64,000 nt of DNA, from NCBI GenBank assembly GCA_035391225.1, contig DAOPKN010000001.1, positions 119,007-183,006 of the forward strand. The letters run 5' to 3'. Position 1 is the first letter of the stretch, and each line of letters begins with the position of its first letter. The notes below the pieces were generated by a model. It did not search any database and had not been told where the DNA came from. It saw nothing but the letters and a program-made list of their open reading frames with translations. Position numbers and translations under genes: made by a program. Positions 48,446-58,123 of this stretch are shown piece by piece. Origin of the DNA: Thermotogota bacterium. GTDB lineage: Bacteria > Thermotogota > Thermotogae > MWEM01.

Positions 48446-48505
48446 AAGGATTCAACTTTTTTTCGCACGGGGCCCGAATGGGCCCCTTTTTCTTTGGTTT
48501 TTTTT
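48437..48505. terminator. Two consecutive rho-independent terminators (csp 3' end; also terminates the convergent MATE gene)
   Basis: GTTGAAT-AGAAGG-ATTCAAC then T7; GGGGCCC-GAAT-GGGCCCC then T-rich run. Confidence 0.85.
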
Positions 48506-48521
48506 CCGGAACGATTCCCCC

Positions 48522-49883
48522 TCACACCCGCTTTGTCTTCCACTTTCCCCTCGAGTAAAACCAGATGATGATGCATCCTTCCAGTGATTCGGCCACGCAA
48601 AAGGCCACCCACAGCGACCACTCCGGTAGCTTCCACAAACCTATGAATAGGGCAAGAAGTGGCACTTGTACCAACCACCGTGAGATCACCGAGGAGATCA
48701 AGAAGGGTGTGTTGAGCCCCGAAGCGGAAAAAACCGTTCCAAACCCGAAAGAAAATCCCAGGATAATAAACGAAGGGAACACGATGCGAAGCATGGGGAT
48801 CCCGAGGCGGATAACTTCCTGGTCTTGCACGAAGATCCGCATGATGTTTTCCGGGAACAGAACGATGAAAAACACGAACACCAACATCAGAACCATTCCG
48901 GTTGTTGCGGTTATCCAAGCGGTTTTCTGCACGCGGTCCACTTTGTCAACCCCCAGGTTTTGCCCCGCCACCGTGCTTCCCCCCATCAGTAGACCGATAA
49001 GGGGCATGAACGCAAATCCCATTAGGCGTTGACCGATGCCCATGGTTGCCACAACCGCGGTTCCAAAACCTGCCACGAACTTGAGCAGCACCAATCCCGA
49101 AAGGTTCCGGAAAAGCATCTCGAAACCGGTGGGCAAACCGATGGTGATGAGCTTGCGGTCCAGCTCCTTGTCCAATCGGAACAACCCCCGGAAGGAGAGC
49201 TTCAGTTCACTCTTGCCCGAGAAGAGGACCCAAAATCCCAGGCAAAAAGCCAGGGAGGTGGAAATCACGGTGGCCAAACCTGCTCCGAAAATCCCCAAGT
49301 TGAGCCCCGGGAAGCCAAGAAGGGGAACGGTTTGGAACATGAAAATGGGATCGAGGATCATGTTCGTGATCGAAGCAACGAACATGATCACCATTGGTGT
49401 TTTCGCATCCCCGATGCAACGCAAGGCAGTGTTCACGCTGTAGGAAGAGAACATGATGGGGAGGAAGAAAATCCGGATGTACCCGTACTCCAAGGCTTTT
49501 TGGGTCACACTTGCATCTGGGGCGAAGAAGCCCAAGATGGGTTTGATGAACAAAAGAAGGAAAAGAGCGGCGATGGTTGCCACGAATGCTTTGAACGCGA
49601 GGGTTTGTTCCACCGCGCGCGAAGCCCGCACCAGGTTTTTCGCGCCGTAACTTTGCGAGATCAAGGACACGGAACTGGTACCGATGATTTCGTTCAAAAT
49701 TTCGGCGAGCCAGAAGATACTGGAGAAAATGGTTACCGAAGCCACCGCACCGGGGGATAGGCGACCAATCCAAGCAATATCGACGATATCGTACAGGGTT
49801 TGGGAAAGAAAGCCGAACATGGTGGGAAGCGACATGAACAGCAAATTCTTGGTGAGGCTTCCCTTTGTCAAATCGCGTGCCAT
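48522..49883 (-). CDS. MATE family efflux transporter
   Basis: 12 TM segments, two MatE repeats; 453 aa. Confidence 0.88.
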   Translation of the reverse strand: MARDLTKGSLTKNLLFMSLPTMFGFLSQTLYDIVDIAWIGRLSPGAVASVTIFSSIFWLAEILNEIIGTSSVSLISQSYGAKNLVRASRAVEQTLAFKAFVATIAALFLLLFIKPILGFFAPDASVTQKALEYGYIRIFFLPIMFSSYSVNTALRCIGDAKTPMVIMFVASITNMILDPIFMFQTVPLLGFPGLNLGIFGAGLATVISTSLAFCLGFWVLFSGKSELKLSFRGLFRLDKELDRKLITIGLPTGFEMLFRNLSGLVLLKFVAGFGTAVVATMGIGQRLMGFAFMPLIGLLMGGSTVAGQNLGVDKVDRVQKTAWITATTGMVLMLVFVFFIVLFPENIMRIFVQDQEVIRLGIPMLRIVFPSFIILGFSFGFGTVFSASGLNTPFLISSVISRWLVQVPLLALFIGLWKLPEWSLWVAFCVAESLEGCIIIWFYSRGKWKTKRV

Positions 49884-50006
49884 GGTAGTCCTCCTGGGTA
49901 AAAGGGGTGCAGATCTTTGCGTGGAATGCTACCCCAATTGTACGTGCAAATCGCGGGACTGTCAAGGATTCGGATGGCTCTTGGGGATATGCCACACCCC
50001 CTGGCG

Positions 50007-50034
50007 TTGAATTCAAACTCGATTGTGATATAAT
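50007..50034 (+). promoter_or_regulatory. Putative promoter of the NuoEF-like operon (TTGAAT-16-TGaTATAAT, extended -10)
   Basis: Sequence match only. Confidence 0.5.
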
Positions 50035-50100
50035 TATCGAGCTCTGGAACATGCTAATAAAAGGTATTGTGATTTAAATAACGAATTGGAGGTGTTTTCG

Positions 50101-50601
50101 GTGGCCACTGCCGGAGAAAAAACCGGGTGTCAAGATCATGCGTGCCTGTACGAGCAACTGGATCGTTTCATCGAAGAGATGAAAGACAAACCGGGCGTGT
50201 TGATCGAAGTGTTGCACCGTGCGCAAAGCTTGTTCGGTTACTTGCCTTCCGAAGTCCAGGAGCACGTCGCCGTGAAATTGGACCTTCCCGTGAGTTCGGT
50301 GTACGGGGTCGTGACATTCTACAACTTTTTCACCATGAAACCCAGGGGGAAGAACCAGGTGAAGATTTGCCTGGGAACAGCCTGCTACGTGAAGGGCGCG
50401 GACCGCGTCCTCAGTCGGTTCCAAGAGGAACTCGGGGTTGGGTTGGAGGAAGTGTCCGAAGACGGGGAGTTCTCCCTACATGGGGTGCGTTGCCTGGGGG
50501 CTTGCAGTATGGCTCCTGTTGTGTTGGTGGGAGAAAAGGATTTCTACGGGCGCGTTACACCTGATGAGGTTCCAAAAATTCTGAAGAAATACAGGGGGTG
50601 A
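50101..50601 (+). CDS. NuoE/HndA/HydC-like [2Fe-2S] thioredoxin-like subunit (copy 1)
   Basis: CLGTACYVKGA...CLGACSMAPVV (4 Cys of the NuoE-type 2Fe-2S site). Start at GTG 50101 after the GGAGG RBS (ORF-track TTG 50086 overlaps the RBS). Confidence 0.85.
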   Translation: MATAGEKTGCQDHACLYEQLDRFIEEMKDKPGVLIEVLHRAQSLFGYLPSEVQEHVAVKLDLPVSSVYGVVTFYNFFTMKPRGKNQVKICLGTACYVKGADRVLSRFQEELGVGLEEVSEDGEFSLHGVRCLGACSMAPVVLVGEKDFYGRVTPDEVPKILKKYRG

Positions 50602-50608
50602 GCCAATT

Positions 50609-50986
50609 ATGGCCAAAGTGAAGAGTTTGGAAGAACTGATGAAAATCAAGGAACAAACGGTCAAGGGAATGAGCTTGAGAGACAGCAGCAAAAAGGGAAA
50701 ATTGCTCGTGGCAATGGGCACCTGTGGAATCGCTGCCGGTGCAAAGGACACCTACCAGGCTCTCGTGTCCGAGCTTGCGGACAAGAACATCCAAGATTTT
50801 GCGGTTTTGCAATCGGGTTGCATGGGGCTTTGCGATGTCGAACCCACCGTGAAAGTGGAGATCGAATCCCAGGAACCCATCGTGTACGGTCACGTTACCC
50901 CCGCGCAGGTGAAGCGCATTGTGCAGCAGCATCTGGTTGAAGGAAAAGTTGTTAGCGACTTGTTGATCAAAAAAGGCGAACTTTAG
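50609..50986 (+). CDS. Small thioredoxin-like [2Fe-2S] ferredoxin (HndB-like)
   Basis: 125 aa; GTCGIAAGA...SGCMGLCDVEP motif. Confidence 0.75.
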   Translation: MAKVKSLEELMKIKEQTVKGMSLRDSSKKGKLLVAMGTCGIAAGAKDTYQALVSELADKNIQDFAVLQSGCMGLCDVEPTVKVEIESQEPIVYGHVTPAQVKRIVQQHLVEGKVVSDLLIKKGEL

Positions 50987-51008
50987 TCTTCGGGTGAGGT
51001 GAAGGACA

Positions 51009-52811
51009 TTGCCAATTGAGACCAACACCATATTAATGTGCGCCGGAGGAGCCTGTATTTCCGCCGGCGAGGAGAGCTGCCTGGATGCTTTGAAAAGAAG
51101 CATCGAAAAGTATGGCCTGGGTGACGTGACAAGGATCGTGGAAACAGGCTGCATGGGCATGTGCGACGCGGGTCCGTTGATGGTGATTTACCCCGAGGGT
51201 GTTTTCTACCAGAAGTTGGAAGCAAAGGACATGGAAACCATTGTTTCCGAGCACCTGCTCAAGGGCCGCGTGGTGGAGGCCAAGCTGCTGGAGAGCCCGG
51301 GGAAAGAAGTGAAGATAACCAGCCCCTTCGACGAACATCCCTTTTTCACCCGCCAGGTGAAGATTGCGACCCGCAACATGGGTGTGATTGATCCGCTGAG
51401 TATCGAGGAGTACATTGCCCACGACGGGTACTTTGCCCTCACCAAGGTTCTGACCGAGATGTCTCCAGAGCAAGTGGTTGAGGTGCTCAAGAAGAGTGGA
51501 TTGCGCGGGCGGGGAGGAGCGGGTTTCCCCACGGGGCTCAAGTGGGAATTGACGCGAAAAGTCCCGGGAAAGGAAAAGTTCGTGCTGTGCAATGCCGACG
51601 AGGGAGACCCGGGAGCGTTCATGGATCGCTCGATCTTGGAAGGTGACCCCCATACCATCCTGGAAGCCATGGCCATTGCGGGGTACGCCGTGGGTGCGAA
51701 CAAGGGATACATCTATATTCGAGCGGAATATCCCCTTGCCATTGAGCGTTTGCGCGAAGGAATTCGCCAGGCAAAGGAAATGGGCCTGTTCGGGGAAAAC
51801 ATCCTGGGGTCTGGTTTTTCCTTCGATCTGGAAATCCGCATGGGAGCGGGAGCCTTCGTTTGCGGGGAAGAGACCGCTCTGATCGAATCGGTGGAAGGCA
51901 AGCGTGGCCAACCTCGCGTCAAACCACCGTTCCCCGCCGAAGTAGGTCTTTGGGGAAAACCAACGCTGAACAACAACGTCGAAACCTATGCCAACATTCC
52001 GTCCATCATCCTAAAGGGAGCGGAGTGGTTTTCGCGTATCGGAACGGAAAAAAGCAAGGGAACCAAGGTGTTTTGCCTTGCCGGAAAGATCCAGAACACG
52101 GGCTTAGTGGAAGTGCCCATGGGAATCACCCTGAAAGAAATGGTTTACGATATCGGTGGCGGGATCCCGGGCAACAAGGAATTCAAAGCCGTGCAAACGG
52201 GGGGGCCCAGTGGCGGTTGTATCCCCAAGGAGCACCTGGATACCTCGATCGATTACGAATCGTTGCGCGAACTGGGAACCATGATGGGTTCTGGTGGAAT
52301 GATCTTCATGGACGAGGAAACCTGCATGGTGGACGTTGCCAAGTACTTCTTGGAGTTTTCCGTGGATGAATCTTGCGGCAAATGCAACCCGTGCCGCGAG
52401 GGAACCCGCGTGATGTACGAGATCCTGCAACGTATCACGAGCGGCGAAGGCACCATGGAAGACCTGGATACGCTGGAAAACCTCGGCAAAATGATCATGG
52501 ACACATCGCTGTGCGGGCTGGGGCAGTCTGCTCCGCAACCCGTGATATCCACGCTCCGCTATTTCCGGGAGGAGTACGAGGCGCATATCCGCGAGGGGAA
52601 ATGCCCCGCGAAGGTCTGTCGCCCCTTGATTCGTTACGAGGTGATTCCCGAAAACTGCGTGGGATGTACCGCCTGTGCCCGGGTATGCCCGGTGAATGCT
52701 ATTTCCGGCGCGGTGAAAAAGGTCCACGAGATCGATCCGGAGATCTGCACCCGCTGTGGAAGCTGTATCAGCGTGTGCCGCTTTGGAGCCATTCACATCG
52801 TTTCCCCGTGA
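51009..52811 (+). CDS. NuoF/HndC/HydB-like NAD(P)H-binding flavoprotein, with N-terminal 2Fe-2S Trx-like domain and C-terminal 2x[4Fe-4S] ferredoxin domain
   Basis: FMN/NADH motifs GRGGAGFPTGLKW, CNADEGDPGAF; N3 cluster ESCGKCNPCREG...C; C-terminal CVGCTACARVCP...CTRCGSCISVC; N-terminal CAGGAC...GCMGMCDAGP. 600 aa, TTG start. Confidence 0.9.
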   Translation: MPIETNTILMCAGGACISAGEESCLDALKRSIEKYGLGDVTRIVETGCMGMCDAGPLMVIYPEGVFYQKLEAKDMETIVSEHLLKGRVVEAKLLESPGKEVKITSPFDEHPFFTRQVKIATRNMGVIDPLSIEEYIAHDGYFALTKVLTEMSPEQVVEVLKKSGLRGRGGAGFPTGLKWELTRKVPGKEKFVLCNADEGDPGAFMDRSILEGDPHTILEAMAIAGYAVGANKGYIYIRAEYPLAIERLREGIRQAKEMGLFGENILGSGFSFDLEIRMGAGAFVCGEETALIESVEGKRGQPRVKPPFPAEVGLWGKPTLNNNVETYANIPSIILKGAEWFSRIGTEKSKGTKVFCLAGKIQNTGLVEVPMGITLKEMVYDIGGGIPGNKEFKAVQTGGPSGGCIPKEHLDTSIDYESLRELGTMMGSGGMIFMDEETCMVDVAKYFLEFSVDESCGKCNPCREGTRVMYEILQRITSGEGTMEDLDTLENLGKMIMDTSLCGLGQSAPQPVISTLRYFREEYEAHIREGKCPAKVCRPLIRYEVIPENCVGCTACARVCPVNAISGAVKKVHEIDPEICTRCGSCISVCRFGAIHIVSP

Positions 52812-52874
52812 TGCGGTTTCCGCAGGCCAACAAGAAGTTCGTCAAGTGGTTCAAGATATTTGGGAGGTGTCGTT

Positions 52875-53378
52875 TTGGTCACTGAGAAAGAAATGGAGAA
52901 AGTGGATCAAATTATCCAACAAGTGACCCGGGATCAAAGCCTGGAAGAGGGGGACGTTCTGCTGAACAGCCTCCACGAAGTGCAAAATTACTTCCACAAT
53001 TACATCCCTGTGGAAGCGGTGGAGCGCGTGGCGGATGTATTACACATCCCTGTTTCAAAAGTATACGAAGTGCTGCGCTTCTACACCATGTTTTCCGTGA
53101 AACCCCGGGGGAAGTACGTGATCCGGGTTTGCAACAGCTTACCTTGCCACGTAACCGGAGGCAAGGAAGTCATCGAAGCCTTGAAATCCGAGTTGGGGAT
53201 CGAGTTCTACGAGACAACACCCGACGGCCTTTTCACCCTGGAGAAAACAGGGTGCCTCGGGCTTTGTGGTGTTTCTCCCGCCATCATGATCAACGAGGAT
53301 TTTTTTGGAAACCTGGATGCCCAAAAAATCCCCGAGCTCCTCGAAAAGTTTCGGAATGCCGGGGGTGAGGAAGAATGA
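52875..53378 (+). CDS. NuoE-like [2Fe-2S] subunit (copy 2)
   Basis: RVCNSLPCHV...GCLGLCGVSP. Start uncertain: TTG 52875 after the GGGAGG RBS, or ATG 52893; the ORF-track TTG 52860 overlaps the RBS. Confidence 0.8.
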   Translation: MVTEKEMEKVDQIIQQVTRDQSLEEGDVLLNSLHEVQNYFHNYIPVEAVERVADVLHIPVSKVYEVLRFYTMFSVKPRGKYVIRVCNSLPCHVTGGKEVIEALKSELGIEFYETTPDGLFTLEKTGCLGLCGVSPAIMINEDFFGNLDAQKIPELLEKFRNAGGEEE

Positions 53379-54994
53379 AGGCCCAGACCATTCTCGTGTC
53401 CATCGATTCCAACAGCGCGTTGAAAGGTGCACGCTTTTTCATGCAACGGTTGGAGGAACTGGTAGAGTTGTATACCCTTTCGGACCAGGTGGAAGTCCTG
53501 GAAACCGGGAGCATGGGTGTCTACCCCGAAGGTGTTTTGATCGCCATTTACCCCGATTCCGTGTTTTACGAGATCTCTTCGGCGGACCAATTGGAAGAAC
53601 TGGTAACCGAACACCTGCTGAAGGGACGCCCCGTGCAGAAGTGGATGCTGGATGAAAAAACAGCCGCACAAATCGTGCCCACCGCGCAAAAGGAAAAAGG
53701 CGAAACACGGATCGTTTTGCGTAACGTTGGCGTCATTGACCCGCGCATCGTGGAAGAATACATCGCCCGCGATGGGTACCAGGCCTTGGCCAAGGTGCTT
53801 TCGGGTATGAAACCCAATGATGTGATCGCCGAAATCAGCAAAAGCAAGCTCCGTGGGCGTGGGGGTGCAGGCTTCCCCACCGGAAAGAAATGGGAATTCA
53901 CCGCGAAGGTGAATGCTCCGGAAAAGTTCGTGATTTGCAACGCCGACGAAGGGGAGCCGGGCACGTTCAAGGATCGCCTGATCATGGAGGGAGATCCCCA
54001 TTCTGTGATCGAGGCCATGGCGATTTGCGGGTACGCGGTCGGGGCCTCGCGCGGGTACATCTACATCCGCGGGGAGTACTTCGGCTCCATCGAAAACATC
54101 CGGAAGGGCATTGCCGATGCCTACGAAATGGGTTTCCTGGGGAAGGACATCTTCGGGAGCGGTTTTGATTTTGACCTATCGGTGCGCCTGGGAGCAGGGG
54201 CGTACATTTGTGGAGAAGAAACCGCGCTGATCGAGTCCATCGAGGGCAAACCGGGTCGGCCAAGGCTCAAACCCCCCTATCCGCCGGTGGAAGGGCTGTA
54301 CCAAAAACCCACCGTGGTGAACAACGTGGAAACCTTTGCCAACATTCCCTGGATCCTGCGCAATGGAGCAGATGCTTTCGCCCGAATCGGCACGGAAAAT
54401 TCCACCGGGACGAAAGTCTTTACCCTTGTCGGAAACGTGGCGAACAAGGGACTGGTGGAAGTCCCGCTGGGGACAACCGCCCACGAGTTGCTCTACGCGT
54501 TCGGAGGGGGCATCCCCAATGGTCGGAAGCTCAAGGTGGTGCAAACCGGAGGAACCGCGGGATCGTTTATTGGCGAAAATGCGTTGCACGTGCCACTGGA
54601 TTACGATTCTGCGCGCCAAGGCGTGACATTGGGGTCCGGCGTGATCTTGGTCATGGACGAAACCCATTGCCCGGTGGAAATCGCCAAGGTGGCCATGGAA
54701 TTTTTCGCGCATGAATCTTGCGGGAAATGCAACCCCTGTCGGGAAGGAACACGCGTGAGCGTGGAAATCTTGGACAACCTGGTTCGCGGCAAAGCCCGGG
54801 AAGAAGAAGTGGAGTACCTTGTGCAGATCGCGGATACGCTCGAACAGGCCTCTTTTTGCGGTCTTGGCCAAGCAGCTGGTTTGCCGCTGCGAAGTATCGT
54901 GGAGCTTTTCCGAGAAGAGTTCCTCGCCCATGCGCGCAAGGAACCTTGCCCGGTGTGCGTGTACGATCCCCCGCCCAAGCGCAAAATCGTGTAA
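53375..54994 (+). CDS. NuoF-like flavoprotein (copy 2): no C-terminal ferredoxin domain and a cysteine-less N-terminal Trx-like domain
   Basis: GRGGAGFPTGKKW, CNADEGEPGTF, ESCGKCNPCREG...C are present. The N-terminal domain aligns with copy 1 but the Cys ligands are replaced (VSIDSNSA...ETGSMGVYPEG). 539 aa; ATGA overlap with the preceding gene. Confidence 0.88.
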   Translation: MKAQTILVSIDSNSALKGARFFMQRLEELVELYTLSDQVEVLETGSMGVYPEGVLIAIYPDSVFYEISSADQLEELVTEHLLKGRPVQKWMLDEKTAAQIVPTAQKEKGETRIVLRNVGVIDPRIVEEYIARDGYQALAKVLSGMKPNDVIAEISKSKLRGRGGAGFPTGKKWEFTAKVNAPEKFVICNADEGEPGTFKDRLIMEGDPHSVIEAMAICGYAVGASRGYIYIRGEYFGSIENIRKGIADAYEMGFLGKDIFGSGFDFDLSVRLGAGAYICGEETALIESIEGKPGRPRLKPPYPPVEGLYQKPTVVNNVETFANIPWILRNGADAFARIGTENSTGTKVFTLVGNVANKGLVEVPLGTTAHELLYAFGGGIPNGRKLKVVQTGGTAGSFIGENALHVPLDYDSARQGVTLGSGVILVMDETHCPVEIAKVAMEFFAHESCGKCNPCREGTRVSVEILDNLVRGKAREEEVEYLVQIADTLEQASFCGLGQAAGLPLRSIVELFREEFLAHARKEPCPVCVYDPPPKRKIV

Positions 54995-55038
54995 GCGGCG
55001 ACGGGTAAATTGAACATCAGGTAAATTTTTCTGCTGAG

Positions 55039-55079
55039 GCCGGGTGCTGTTGACATAGCACCCGGTTCCAGTGTAGAAT
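55039..55079 (+). promoter_or_regulatory. str-operon promoter (TTGACA-18-TAGAAT), -35 located in the loop of a 9-bp hairpin
   Basis: CCGGGTGCT gttgacat AGCACCCGG; -10 TAGAAT at 55074-55079. Confidence 0.55.
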
Positions 55080-55128
55080 AGCGTGGAATTTTTCCGAGAC
55101 ATATTCGAAGGGAGGGCTACATCCTTTA

Positions 55129-55500
55129 ATGCCAACCATTAATCAGCTGGTCCGGAAGGGCCGGAAAAAAGTTGTGGAGAAACGGAAAGCGCCCGCGTTG
55201 GAAGGGAATCCTCAGAAGCGCGGCGTGTGCGTTCGGGTAACGACCACCACCCCGAAAAAACCAAATTCTGCCTTGCGTAAGATTGCCAGGGTACGTCTGG
55301 TCAATGGAATCGAAGTGACCGCATACATCCCCGGTGAGGGACATAACCTGCAGGAACACTCCGTTGTGTTGATTCGTGGGGGACGTGTGAAAGACCTTCC
55401 CGGTATCCGGTACCGGATCATCCGGGGTACGCTTGATTCCGCTGGAGTCGAATCGCGAAGGCAAGCAAGGTCCAAGTATGGCGCAAAGACGCCAAAGTAG
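55129..55500 (+). CDS. rpsL: 30S ribosomal protein S12
   Basis: [12 protein letters not shown]..., full-length conserved sequence. Confidence 0.98.
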   Translation: MPTINQLVRKGRKKVVEKRKAPALEGNPQKRGVCVRVTTTTPKKPNSALRKIARVRLVNGIEVTAYIPGEGHNLQEHSVVLIRGGRVKDLPGIRYRIIRGTLDSAGVESRRQARSKYGAKTPK

Positions 55501-55533
55501 TGCAAGGTTTGTAGGGGTAAGGAGGATTGAACC

Positions 55534-56001
55534 GTGAGAAGAAGACGAGCCGAAAAACGGAAAATTGATCCAGATCCGATTTACAATGATATCCTGGTCA
55601 CCAAGTTGATCAATACGATCATGTGGAGTGGCAAGAAAGCCACGGCGCAGCGCATCGTGTACGGAGCCTTTGACTCCATCCGGGAAAAAACAGGAAAGGA
55701 ACCGCTGGAAGTTTTCAAGAAAGCGATGGACAACATCAAGCCCGCCGTGGAAGTTCGCCCTCGCCGCGTGGGTGGGGCAACCTACCAGGTTCCCGTTGAA
55801 GTGGGAGAAAACCGCAAGATTTCCCTCGGCCTCCGCTGGTTGTTGAAAGCTTCCCGTTCCAAGAAAGGGCGTCCCATGCGCACCAAACTTTCCGAGGAAA
55901 TCCTTTCCGCGTACGAAAACCAGGGTGCCGCGGTGAAACGTCGCGAAGATACCCACAAGATGGCGGAAGCAAACCGCGCGTTCGCCCATTTTAAATGGTA
56001 A
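55534..56001 (+). CDS. rpsG: 30S ribosomal protein S7
   Basis: Conserved S7 sequence; GTG start after AGGAGG. Confidence 0.97.
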   Translation: MRRRRAEKRKIDPDPIYNDILVTKLINTIMWSGKKATAQRIVYGAFDSIREKTGKEPLEVFKKAMDNIKPAVEVRPRRVGGATYQVPVEVGENRKISLGLRWLLKASRSKKGRPMRTKLSEEILSAYENQGAAVKRREDTHKMAEANRAFAHFKW

Positions 56002-56019
56002 AAACTGGAGGAATTTGAA

Positions 56020-58086
56020 GTGGCAACTCCCAGGGGTCCGCTGGAAAGACTTCGCAATATCGGGATCATGGCACATATCGATGCCGGTAAAACGACGACA
56101 ACCGAGCGGATGTTGTTCCTAACAGGAAGAAAACATAAGATTGGAAGCGTGGACGAAGGAACCGCGACCATGGATTGGATGGACCAAGAAAAGGAGCGGG
56201 GGATCACCATCACCTCCGCTGCCACCACCTGTTTTTGGAACAACCATCGCATCAATATTATCGATACACCCGGACACGTTGACTTTACGATCGAAGTGGA
56301 GCGTTCGCTGCGTGTGTTGGATGGAGCCGTTGCCATTTTCGACGTTTGCGCCGGTGTGGAACCGCAGTCGGAAACAGTGTGGCGGCAAGCCGACAAGTAC
56401 CGTGTTCCGCGGATCGCGTTCATGAACAAAATGGACAAGATCGGCGCGGATTTCCTTGCTTCGGTGGAAAGCATGGTCCGGAAACTGGGCGCAACCCCCT
56501 TGCCGTTGCAAATTCCCATTGGGGCGGAGGATCAGTTCGAAGGGGTAGTAGACCTGGTAGGTATGAAGGCCCTTTTTTGGCCCGAAGTCGATGGATCCGT
56601 GCTGGAAACCCGAGACATACCCGACGAACTGCGCGAGCAAGTGGATGAGATGCGGGAGGAACTCATTTCCAAGATCTCCCTGTACGACGAAAGCCTGCTG
56701 GAAATGTACCTGGATGGAGAAGAACTCCCGGTGGAACAAATTCGCCAAGCCATCCGAAAGGGCACGGTGGGGAACAAGTGGAATCCCGTGCTTTGCGGTT
56801 CCTCGTTCCGAAACAAGGGGATCCAACCACTGATGGATGCGATCGTTTCCTACCTTCCGTCTCCGCTTGATCTTCCCCCAATCGATGTAATCGTGGGTGA
56901 CGAACTGGAGGCATTGCCTCCCGATCCTGCGGGGCCCTTTGGTGCCCTTGCGTTCAAGATTGCCGCGGATCCCTTTGTGGGCAGACTGACCTACTTCCGG
57001 GTATATTCGGGAACCCTGCAAAAAGGATCGTACGTGTTGAACGTGAACAAGGGCAAGAAAGAACGCGTGAGTCGGTTGATTTTCATGCACGCAGATAGTA
57101 GGGAAGACGTGGACGAAGTGATGGCGGGAGACATCGTCGCGGCCATTGGCCTGCGCGGGACTTCCACCGGGGACAGTCTTTCCGGAGAGAAAAACCCCAT
57201 CTTGCTCGAACAAATCGAGTTCCCGGAACCCGTGATCCAAATTGCCATCGAACCCGAAACCAAGAACGACCAGAACAAACTTGCCAAGGGTTTGGGAGCA
57301 CTAACGGAGGAGGATCCCACGTTGAAAGTGCACGTGGATGGTGAAACCGGGCAAACCCTGTTGAGTGGTATGGGGGAATTGCACCTGGAGATCATCGTGG
57401 ATCGTTTGAAGCGGGAATTCAGCGCGAACGTTCGCGTGGGCCAACCCCACGTATCGTACCGCGAATCCATCCATGAAACGGTCGAAACAACGGGGAAGTA
57501 CATCCGCCAGTCCGGTGGGCGTGGGCAATACGGGCACGTAAAGATCCGTCTGGAGCCCTTGGGGCATTTCGAAGGCTTCGAGTTTAAGAGTGCGATCGTG
57601 GGGGGCGTGATTCCTTCCGAATTCATTTCCAGCATCGAGGCGGGTATTCGCCAAAGCTTGCAAGATGGCGTCGTTGCCGACTACCCCGTTGTCGGAATCA
57701 AGGCGACCCTCCTGGACGGTTCGTACCACGAGGTGGATAGTTCGGAGCTTGCGTTCAAGATAGCTGCCTCCATGGCCACCCAGGAAGCATTGCGAAAGGC
57801 GAGTTCGTTCCTGGTGGAGCCAATCATGAAAATGGAGGTCACCACCCCGGAGGAATACATGGGAGATATCATCGGGGACTTGAACACCCGGCGTGGGCGC
57901 ATTGAGCGGTTCGATACGCGGTCCAACGCGCGTGTGATTGATGCACTCGTCCCTCTTTCGGAGCTTTTCGGGTATGCCACGGTGCTGCGCTCGCTCAGCC
58001 AGGGCCGGGCGACGCACATGATCCAGTTCCACCATTACCAAGAGGTGGATGAAAGAACGTTGGAGAAAATCCTCAGACATCGATAA
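56020..58086 (+). CDS. fusA: Elongation factor G
   Basis: [21 protein letters not shown]..., domains I-V; 688 aa, GTG start. Confidence 0.98.
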   Translation: MATPRGPLERLRNIGIMAHIDAGKTTTTERMLFLTGRKHKIGSVDEGTATMDWMDQEKERGITITSAATTCFWNNHRINIIDTPGHVDFTIEVERSLRVLDGAVAIFDVCAGVEPQSETVWRQADKYRVPRIAFMNKMDKIGADFLASVESMVRKLGATPLPLQIPIGAEDQFEGVVDLVGMKALFWPEVDGSVLETRDIPDELREQVDEMREELISKISLYDESLLEMYLDGEELPVEQIRQAIRKGTVGNKWNPVLCGSSFRNKGIQPLMDAIVSYLPSPLDLPPIDVIVGDELEALPPDPAGPFGALAFKIAADPFVGRLTYFRVYSGTLQKGSYVLNVNKGKKERVSRLIFMHADSREDVDEVMAGDIVAAIGLRGTSTGDSLSGEKNPILLEQIEFPEPVIQIAIEPETKNDQNKLAKGLGALTEEDPTLKVHVDGETGQTLLSGMGELHLEIIVDRLKREFSANVRVGQPHVSYRESIHETVETTGKYIRQSGGRGQYGHVKIRLEPLGHFEGFEFKSAIVGGVIPSEFISSIEAGIRQSLQDGVVADYPVVGIKATLLDGSYHEVDSSELAFKIAASMATQEALRKASSFLVEPIMKMEVTTPEEYMGDIIGDLNTRRGRIERFDTRSNARVIDALVPLSELFGYATVLRSLSQGRATHMIQFHHYQEVDERTLEKILRHR

Positions 58087-58123
58087 CGGAACAAATATTA
58101 ATTTTTAGGGAGGTATTTTTCGA

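Noticed and set aside
50041-50060. Sigma-54-like TGGAAC-N-TGC element (ctggaacatgctaat) upstream of the NuoEF operon
   Set aside because: Spacing and the GC dinucleotide do not match the TGGCAC-N5-TTGC consensus.
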